Assembly (NCBI GenBank): GCA_951406725.2
Contig: OX597820.1
Location: forward strand, 112,778,001-112,842,000
DNA: 64,000 bases
Origin: Octopus vulgaris
Taxonomy: Eukaryota
Direction: 5' to 3'
The notes under the pieces are model-generated. The model was not told the DNA's origin. It did not search any database and worked only from the letters and a program-made list of their open reading frames with translations. Positions within the stretch are counted from its first letter, which is position 1. Each line of letters starts with the position of its first letter. The position numbers were made by a program, and so were the translations under genes. This document shows positions 54,848-64,000 of the stretch, piece by piece.

Positions 54848-56207
54848 CATTTGTAGCAGCAACTTTAATGCAATTGCAATCTGGTAAGTATGTCGCAGAG
54901 GAGACTTTTCTTTCCTCCATGGATTTGCAGCAACAACAACAATAACACCATCAACACCATCAGCATCAAGCACTTGAACATGCTAATACTATGCAGTGAA
55001 TTTAGTGCACATACATGTTGCAGACTAAGATTTCAGAAGCATTTAACACATATTTATCATAACAACAAAGTACACTCACAGACATGCACACACACCACCA
55101 CCACCACCGCCTCCACCACCGCCAACACCAACACCACTCCACACCATGTCACACACCACACAAACGTACAAACATACACAAAGTTGAATTTATGATTTAT
55201 GCCTATATTTGGTTGCATAAATGTTGAAAATTTGTCCATTTCTCTCTACCGAATCCTGTCACAAGGCTGTTATTGGCCTGAACTATAGTAGAAGACATTT
55301 ACCAAACGTACTATGCAGTAGGTATCACATGGTTTGAATATGAGGGCATATAGTTTGGAAAGCAAGTTTCTCGACTACATGGCTACTCCTGCCTCTATGA
55401 ATATGTACGGATATGTATGGTATATACACATATAAACACGTACACACACACACCACCCCTCATCCTCATCTTCATTATCTAAAGTTAGTTTTCCATGCTG
55501 GCATGGGTTGGACAGTTTGACAGGAGCTGGCCAGCCAGAGAGCTACCATGTCTGTTTGGCATGGGTTCTATAGTTGGATGTCCTTCCTAACACCAACCAG
55601 TTTACAGAGTGTGTTGGGTGCTTTCTATGTGGTGCAGGCATTAGTGCTTTTTACTTGACACTAGCATGAGAGCATTTTATATGGTGCCAGCATGAGTAAT
55701 TTTACATGGTAGCTGCATGAATGCTTACTATGTGGCACTAGCATGGGCGCTCTTTACATGGTGCCAGTGTACATTCACACTCACCATATACAATCAAACA
55801 TTACAGAATTATTCTTAAAAGTAAGTGCATGCAACATATCCATAAATATAGAGAAAAAACATGCAAAGACTCATTCACACATATATGCAAACATGCCCAG
55901 CAATTCTGAGGGAGGGGGTAAGTCAATTACATCGACCCTAGTGATCAAATGATACTTATTTTATGAACCTTGCAAAAGATAAAAGGCAAAGTTGACCTTG
56001 ATGAAATTTGAACTCAGAACATCAGGATAAAAGGAATATTGTCACTAAGCATTTTGCTCAGTGTGTTAACAATTCTGCCAGTTCCCTGCCTAATATATAT
56101 AAGCATATCACTAACATATATGTTCAGTGATATACATAAATATTATTTCTGTGTCCTGGTGGCTGATGATGCATGGACATGCACTGAGGCTGTGACATCT
56201 CCAGCAA

Positions 56208-56590
56208 GTGAAGGCGCAATGGTCCAGTTGTTAGGGCCTCGGACTCGCAGTCGGGGCATCGCGGTTTCAATTCCCAGACCGGGCTTTGTGCGTGTTTATT
56301 GAGTGAAAACACCTAAAGCTCCACCAGGCTCCAGCAGAGGTTAGTGGCGACCCCTGTTGTACTCTTTCGCCCCAACTTTCTCTCACTCTTTCTTCCTGCT
56401 TCTTGTCCCCGACTTCCTACGCAACCGCTGAGCCTGGATGCGGATTCATCCATCTGTTGATGCTCTCAGCGTTGGGGGTTGACCTGCTTTCTCTTCTGCG
56501 GGTCTAATGACTAGCAAAAGGACCACATTTCGGACTTCCCCCATCTTGCGAGCTCTGGGACGAAGACCGCTTCGCTCAACAGCAACAGCA
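56208..56590 (+). mobile_element. Family D SINE with 13-bp TSD
   Basis: acatctcc(a/g)gcaa at 56195-56207 and 56591-56603. Confidence 0.9.
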
Positions 56591-56603
56591 ACATCTCCGG
56601 CAA

Positions 56604-57375
56604 TACTTTAATGGTGATCAGGTGTGTTGCTGTTTGTTGGATGTGCTTTTCCACAGCTCATCTTTTTGACGGGGCAACAGTCCTGGATCAAATGTAGACT
56701 GAGGCAGAGTGCTTGCCACCTAGAGTGTCTCCAAATGCTCACAGCTCTTGGCTAGTCAAGCAATGCGGTGAGTGGAAGTTCCACCTAGGAGTTCTATAGG
56801 GGATTAGTGGAGGGCAAGAGTGACGATGTTCTCGGAGAGGTTCTGGGAACTGGGAGTGATCAACTGGCTGGTCTCTTCCGGAGGACTTTCGGGCCGGGGC
56901 CTATGGATAACTTTCAGAAATCCCTGGTCTGGCTACCAGGGCCTCTGCTGGTTCACAATAAGCTCTATAAGCATAGGTGTGCAGTCAGATGGGCTTGTCT
57001 GAGAGCATGCGGAGTGATGAAACCATTCTGGATGCTCTCGTACAGTGTCCACACATTACTGACTTGTGTGCCTTTGTGGAACAGTTATTGTCAGATGAAG
57101 GACGGATCTGGCTATCGTCCAAGCTCATCATGAAGATTTCCCCACCTCCTTCCTTTTGTTGGGAAGGACAGGCAGTTTTTCTTTGTCTGGTGGTTATGGC
57201 AAAATAGGCTGTGCGTTGGACGCGATTGAAAGGGTTGAAGATGAGTACCTTCCTCTTTGGCCAAGGCATCACTGATTTTTTCAGGTTCCACCTGAAAAGG
57301 AAAGTGAAGCTGCAGAGGGAGGTGCTGTCACTCAGCAAGTTTGTTGAAAGGTGGGTGAATGTGGCAAGAATGTTT
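56604..57375 (+). mobile_element. Tx1/L1-clade LINE ORF2 3' fragment (zf-RVT region), decayed
   Basis: FQKSLVWL...LLVHNKL; CLRAC / ETILDALVQCP zinc knuckle; FHLKRKVKLQREVLS..KFVERW. Confidence 0.75.
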
Positions 57376-57464
57376 ATTGTTTTGTGTTCCAAATTTGTAT
57401 AATGTTAGCATGTATATTTTATCCAGTATAAATTGCATATAATGTGGCAAGAATGATTTTAAAG

Positions 57465-57715
57465 TGTATGGCTTAGTAGTTTAGGTGTTGGACTTATGAT
57501 CGTAAGACTGTGGTTTTGATTCATGGCTGGGGCGACACATTGTGTTCTTGAGCAAAGCACTTCGTTTCATGTTGCTCCAGTTCACTCAGCTGGCAAAAAT
57601 GAGTGATCCTATAGGCAGACCAGTGTCCCATCCAGGTGGGGAATTTATATGCCATGCAACAGGGAAACCAGCTTTTATGAGTTAGTATGACTTGAGAAAG
57701 TAACTTTACCTTTAA
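57465..57715 (+). mobile_element. Diverged family E-related tRNA SINE
   Basis: tgtgttcttgagcaaagcactt..tttca.gttgctccagttcactcagctg is shared with 21515-21565. Confidence 0.75.
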
Positions 57716-58208
57716 CCTGTCAGGATTTTGGATATGTGTAAATTAGCCTGTTATGGGAGAAACTCCAAGCACAAACCCTTACTGCTTTGTAAGTGCCTTG
57801 GGAAAAGAAAAGGCTAGGAGCGTCAACCTTGACAGCAGATCAAGGAGTGAAGTCCCTCGGATGGTATGTTATTCTCTTTGACACTCTTCTGGCAACTCCA
57901 TGGTAGGTGGAGCCTCCAGCTCTGAAGGATATGGTCACTCCAATGTAAAACTTACAGCTTTCTGGTCACCACGGCTGTCTTAGCCCATTGAACCGCTGTG
58001 GTCAGACAGCCAAGTCTAAAGAATGGAATCAGATTGTGTGGACTGAGACTCATTTTAAAACTACTTTGTGCAGGCAGGGGGACAAAAAAAAAAGCTCTGC
58101 AGCACCAAAGATGTTTACATAACCGCTGGCAGGTGGGCTGCCCTGCCTTGTGATCTGCAGATATGCAGAAATAGCCATCATCAACTTATATACATAGATA
58201 TTTGTATA

Positions 58209-58262
<54 letters not shown>

Positions 58263-59652
58263 GTGAGAGAGAGAGAGAGAGAGAGAGGGAGGGAGAGAAG
58301 GTGAGAGAGAAAGAGAGAGAGAAATACACAAAAGTATACATATGTGCATAAAAAGCATGCATATACACTGTATAAAACACACAAATCATAAATACACAGA
58401 TATATACACATGCATATACATACTATATATATATGTGTGTGTGTGTGTGTATCATATGTGATTGTGTGTAATGAGTGTGTGTAAAACACACATATATATA
58501 TATGTACATACCTACCTGCATGTATACTAACACAAACACAAAAATAGACAAAACATGCCAATAAAATAAACAAAAAAAAACCCATAAACATCATGCACAG
58601 GAAAAAAAAGTAATAAAAAATATCACTGAAAAGAGTAAATTCCCCCACCCCACCCCACCCCCGCACACCTTTCTCAGAGTATAACAAAAATGCAAAGAGA
58701 AATACTCTCACACAAACCTTTATTAGACACAAAATATGTGTAACGGTTTATTTGTGAAAAAATGTTTGAAAGACTAAAATGTTTATTGGCTACTGGTTAG
58801 CTTGTAGTAAGACTGGTTCAACTAGTGAACAACCATTTTAGTGGTATATCAAGTTATATTAATTTCATCATTATCATCATCATCGTCATTGTTTTAATGA
58901 AAACTTTTCCATGCTGGCATGGGTGAGATGGACTTTATTGTTGCAAATTTTCTATGGTAAGATGCTCTTCCTTTCACTAACCCTCCCCTGTTTTCCAACT
59001 GACATTGTATTTCTCCATGACCTGACGTGTTTTAATGCAAGACTGAAAATGAATGACACTGCTTGTATGACAGTGAAACTCGTTTACAACAATCATGTGC
59101 TGACTAGACAAGGAGACACAAACACACACATACTCAACACACATTTGTATATAGATACACACACATACACACATGTATGCACAACACGCATGCAAATTAA
59201 TCAAGGTGTATATGTATATATATATGTGTGTGTGTGTGTGTACACACATATATATATATATATATATATACATGCATTTATACACACACACACACACCGT
59301 ATACACTCATATGCATAAATAACACATATAAGCATGTTCTAGAGAGATGCTTTAACAAAAGCTAACGCCTGATTCGCAGTGGTCTTCCAGGACACTGGAC
59401 ACCAACACAGAATTTCTGAGTGCCCTTGCTATTGCTAGATAGCTGTTGAACCTGCAGTAGATTCGCCCGTCCTTTTGACAGGTCTTGTTTTCAGTCCCAC
59501 TAGGTATCTAGCAACCCTCCTCACAAGGCAAACATAATGGGGTTGCCGGTTTAGTCGCCAATGAGCTGACCATGCAATAGGTTGCTTCTGCTCCTTTACA
59601 TTATCGGTTCAAGACCTTGCAAAGTCATATTTGCTGTGCACACTCCAGAGGT

Positions 59653-60045
59653 CATCATCATCATCGTTTAATGTCTGCTTTCCATGCTAGCATGGGTTGG
59701 ACAGTTTGACCGGGGTCTTGGAAGCTATGGAGGCTGCACCAGGTTCTAGTCTGATTTGGCAGTGTTTCTACAGCTGGATGCCCTTCCTAACGCCAACCAC
59801 TCCGTGAGTGTAGTCAGTGCTTTTTACGTGCCACCGGCACAGGGGCCAGAGGAGGCTGGCAAACAGCCATGATTGGTTGGTGCTTTTACGTGTTACCGAC
59901 ATGGATGCCAGTCAGGCGGTGCTGGCATCTGCTACGTTCAGATGGTGCTTTTTACATGTCACCGGCACGGGTGTCTTAACTACAATTTCCATTTGAATTT
60001 TTATTTTGATGTTAATGTACTTGACTCGATAGGTCTCCCCAAGAA
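59653..60045 (-). mobile_element. RTE-LINE 3'UTR fragment (family A)
   Basis: Homologous to 33620-34025. Confidence 0.85.
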
Positions 60046-60239
60046 CAGGTGATAAAATAAAATAGCAATTGATCACTGGTATTAATTTAATCGATCAATA
60101 CACACCCCTTCCTCAAATATGTGGTCTTGTGCCTCTGTCAGAAATTCAACAGTCATGTACCGCTGTCGATGTAATCGTTTAACACCCTTCCTTAAATTGC
60201 TGGCGCTGAGCCAAAATTTGAAATGATCATCATCATTAT

Positions 60240-60730
60240 TACATCCAGAACGTGTCTGGCTGTTGGCTGAATCCATTGTGGAGATCCCATCGCCTTCCTT
60301 TGGCCAGGAAGAATAGTTAGGTGCTTTATCTGGTGGCCTTAGCAAAAGAGGTTGTGTTATGGGCAAGATCGAAAGGGCTTTGAAAGACATCTTTCTTTGT
60401 GGCCAAGCCTTAGAAACTCTTTAAGTGAAAAGTGAAAATTAAAGAGTACAGAAGGAAGTACTGCCACTCACCAGATTTATTAAAAGGTGGATGAGAGAGG
60501 CGAACATGGCCTGTGTGAAAGGGTCAAAACTTGTCAATTGAAGAACGAGAAGAGGGAGAAGGCACTTGCTTTTGTGGTCAGATTGACCATGGTTATGTAG
60601 AGTTCCTGCAGCCCACACACAGAAGTCTTCATCTTTTGGGGAATTATTCATTGCCTGTGAATTATCATTATTGTTATTCTCCTTTTAACACACTCTTTCA
60701 TATGTTGTATCGTCCTCAATGCTTTTGAGA
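60240..60730 (+). mobile_element. Tx1-like LINE 3' end fragment
   Basis: Similar to 57100-57370 (FLCGQAL..., RWMREANM). Confidence 0.6.
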
Positions 60731-60745
60731 ACTCTTAAGAGAAAG

Positions 60746-60746
<1 letters not shown>

Positions 60747-60802
<56 letters not shown>

Positions 60803-61290
60803 CGAGTGAGAGAGCAGTGTATGCCATCAAAGTGATACTGGGGTACAAATATATGAAGCCCAATATACTTATCATGACTACCCGTCTAATAAGTGTACAC
60901 AGGTACATGCATAACAACCATATGTGCATGACATGATCATCTCATATCAGGATAAACAACACATGATTCTGGCAGGTGGGGCCCAGTTAGAATTTTCTTT
61001 GGGTCAAGTAGCCCATCCTGCTCAAATGGTCCTTGAATAAAGTTTGTTTAAGGATGATGAATGAAACACACATGTTTCCAGAGGTGAATTATTCAAACTC
61101 CAAAGAATCCCTCTCAATATATGGCTATGATGCTCCCCGAATACTTCTGCTCTTGATCAGAGATGCGCATATTGTCAGCCACCAAGAGACATACTCAACT
61201 GGTTAAGGTTAAGTAACTGACAAGCAAGTCTGTGGTATTGAGCAGAATATTAACTGTAACCCATCTTTTATACTGAGACAAAACATTATT
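60747..61290 (-). mobile_element. Family F repeat, second copy
   Basis: Homologous to 24088-24640. Confidence 0.8.
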
Positions 61291-61399
61291 ATTATTGTAA
61301 AGTCTTGTGGTTAATAAAGAAATAAATATAATAATAATAATAATAATGATAATAATAATAATAATAATAATAATCAGCATCATCATCATCATTATTATT

Positions 61400-61770
61400 A
61401 AGACAGCAAGCTGGCAGAAACGTTAGCACGTTAGATGAAATGCTTAGCGGCATTTTGTCCGTCGCTACGTTCTGAGTTCAAATTCCGCCGAGGTTGACTT
61501 TGCGTTTCATCCTTACGGGGTCGATAAATTAAGTACTAGGGAAACACTGGGGTCAATGTCATTGACTAGTCCCCTCCTCCCAAATTTTAGGTTATGTGCT
61601 TTTAGCAGAAAGGATTGTTATTACTTTTATTATACGGCCAAGGTCGACTTTGCCATTCATCCTTTTGGAGCCAATAAAATGAGTACAAGTTGAGTACTGA
61701 TTCAATGTTATCGACAAGCCTCCCTCCCTCCCCCACGAAAATTTCAGGCCTTGTGCCCGTAGTAGAAAGG
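61400..61770 (+). mobile_element. Family B SINE plus a partial second copy
   Basis: Head agctggcagaaacgttagcacg; the central domain occurs twice. Confidence 0.85.
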
Positions 61771-62178
61771 ATTATTATTATTATTAGTGATTGTAGTATT
61801 AGTAGTAGTACTAGTAGTAACCGCAGTAACCTCTTTTCTCTAAATCGGCCTTGGCCTATTTTCTCGCTGCACCGCAGCAGTGAAAAGAGGAAAAAAAAAA
61901 AAAAAAGCCCTGCTCCTCCTATCACCACTTAGAAGTAACAGCAGCAGCAGCAGCAGCGACGCTACTACAACCGCGATCCACTCCCGACTACTACTACTAC
62001 TAATAATAATAATAATAATAATAATCGCGATAATAATAATAATCAAACGGGGCTAGTATAGAAGTGGGCGTGGCAGTGGAGATATATGATGTCAGTGAAG
62101 GGGGACTTTGAGCTGTGTGCTTGTGTGTGTGTGTGTGAATAAATATTGTTGTCTGTGAAATGGTTTGTTAAGAAGAGC

Positions 62179-62583
62179 GGTGATGGTGATGGTGATGGTG
62201 GTGGTGGTGGTGGTGGTGATGGTGGTGGTGATGGTGGTGGTGATGGTGGTGGTGATGGTGGTGGTGATGGTGATGGTGATGGTGATGGTGATGGTGATGG
62301 TGGTGGTGGTGGTGGTGGTGATGGTGGTGGTGATGGTGGTGGTGATGGTGGTGGTGATGGTGATGGTGATGGTGATGGTGATGGTGATGGTGATGGTGAT
62401 GGTGATGGTGGTGGTGATGGTGATGGTGATGGTGATGGTGATGGTGGTGGTGATGGTGGTGGTGATGGTGATGGTGATGGTGATGGTGATGGTGATGGTG
62501 ATGGTGATGGTGATGGTGGTGGTGATGGTGGTGGTGATGGTGATGGTGATGGTGATGGTGATGGTGGTGGTGATGGTGACGGT
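62179..62583. repeat. Compound (GGT/GAT)n microsatellite
   Basis: Directly visible. Confidence 0.97.
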
Positions 62584-62722
62584 GTCTAGATTACGTCGTT
62601 GCTTTACGAAACCGGTCGCATTTTTTTTCTTTCTTTCCTCTTTAACACTTATTCAAAGTTTAACCTTCAATGAATGGCGCGCGCAAATATATACTGACAC
62701 ATACTCGCGCGCGCGGTCACGC

Positions 62723-62791
<69 letters not shown>

Positions 62792-63169
62792 TGTGTGTGT
62801 AACCAATATCTAACCAAGGAAGTTGAACGCGTTAATAGCAAATTATGAATGCACAGCATACTGTATATATATAGATTTAAAACTATTTAATGACATGGAA
62901 CGAGATTTTACCATGACTAATAGTAATGGTGTTGGTGATGGTGATGGTGGTGTTCGTGGTGAAGGTCCTGTAATTGTATCACATTTATATAAAAATAGTA
63001 ATAAAAGTGACGTCGAAGTTTCGGGTGGCTAAGCCATCCTCGGACGATGCAATGATGGCTTAACTGGCCGGAACTGCCAAGTTCCTGTCAATATTCTTCT
63101 TCTTAATACATGTGTGTGTGTGTGTATGTGGCAAATACGTCTTCCTCGATCAACACATAGATAAATATT

Positions 63170-63380
63170 AGTTTCAAATTCTGGCACAAGGCCAGCAAAT
63201 TTGGAAGAGGGGATAAGCTGACTGGTAATTACCAGTTCAACTGGTGCCTATTTTATCAACTTCGAAAGGAAGAAAGGCAAAGTCGACCTCGGTGGAATTT
63301 GAACTCAGAACGTTAAGACAGACGAAATGCCACTAAGTATTTTGCCCAGTATGCTTAAGTATTCTACCAGCCCGTTGCCT
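63170..63380 (-). mobile_element. Family B SINE
   Basis: Central domain and head on the minus strand. Confidence 0.8.
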
Positions 63381-63421
63381 AACATATAAATATACTTGTT
63401 TCAGTCATTAGACTGCGGCCA

Positions 63422-63535
63422 TAATGTGACCGCGTGTGTACCGTTGGCGATTTTTTTCCCTCCGTCTTCCCTTCTCTGGATCTTTCCTTTTCCTATTTTT
63501 CTGACGAAGATCTCTTTGTGTTTTCATGTTTGGAT

Positions 63536-63540
<5 letters not shown>
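63422..63540 (+). mobile_element. Internally deleted copy of the 36829-37040 hammerhead element
   Basis: Reverse-complement homolog of that element; keeps ttt-CTGACGA-aga (63501) but has lost stems II and III. Confidence 0.8.
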
Positions 63541-63565
<25 letters not shown>

Positions 63566-63573
<8 letters not shown>

Positions 63574-63837
63574 ATGTTACATTACTCGGTAGTCATAGAT
63601 AAAACTCTGAGTTTCAGATGCCAAGTGGAAATCCACAACACCATCTCTTCGGTTATCTGGCTATTTCTGGAAATAGCCAGATAACCGAAGAGATGGTGTT
63701 GTGGATTTCCACTTCGGCATCTGAAACTCAGAGTTTTATCTTGACTACCGAGTAATGTAACATATTGTATAGATAAATTTCCTCTATTTACATAATATTG
63801 AGGTCTCTTTCTTTCTTTTGTTATCTTACCGTTTTAT

Positions 63838-63840
<3 letters not shown>
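63566..63840 (+). mobile_element. Palindromic hammerhead-carrying element within (TA)n
   Basis: Near-perfect arms of about 102 bp (63566-63667 and 63670-63771), 2-nt loop, unique tail of about 70 bp. Confidence 0.88.
63679..63741 (+). ncRNA. Hammerhead-like motif, U4C variant (mirror copy on minus strand, about 63597-63658)
   Basis: agataa-CCGAAGA-gatg..gtgg(attt)ccac..catc-t-GAAA-ctcagag-T-T-ttatct. Confidence 0.75.
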
Positions 63841-63922
<82 letters not shown>

Positions 63923-64000
63923 TGTATGTATGTATGTATGTATGTATGTATGTATGTATGTATATACATAGACACACATACACACGAGAAGGACCAACAG

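Noticed and set aside
59360-59600. RTE 5'UTR-like segment with a possible HDV-like ribozyme
   Set aside because: I could not build the nested double pseudoknot by eye; an Infernal search would be needed.
62146-62848. Gly/Asp-rich and Val/Met-rich ORFs
   Set aside because: They derive from a trinucleotide microsatellite.

Overview
This is AT-rich eukaryotic DNA, most likely an octopus or other cephalopod (inferred from the repeat families). It looks intronic or intergenic, with no convincing host protein-coding gene; nearly all ORFs in the track are microsatellite or SINE artefacts. The window is dominated by repeats: four tRNA-derived SINE families, RTE-LINE 3' ends with (GAT)n tails, CR1 and Tx1-like LINE fragments, a decayed DD34E Tc1 transposon, MITEs, a Helentron-type non-autonomous element and long (TA)n arrays. 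The main finding is about a dozen minimal type-I hammerhead-ribozyme (HHR) motifs in several unrelated small non-coding elements. These are often arranged as head-to-head palindromes, are often inserted in (TA)n, and show family-specific catalytic-core variants (G3-C8 swap, U4C, A6U). A Neptune-type Penelope GIY-YIG remnant lies in the same window, which suggests a family of non-autonomous Penelope-like ribozyme retroelements. A second notable item is a 5S rRNA + tRNA-SINE composite flanked by one shared 10-bp target-site duplication (TSD). All calls were made by eye. Boundaries of degenerate repeats are approximate and ribozyme activity is untested.
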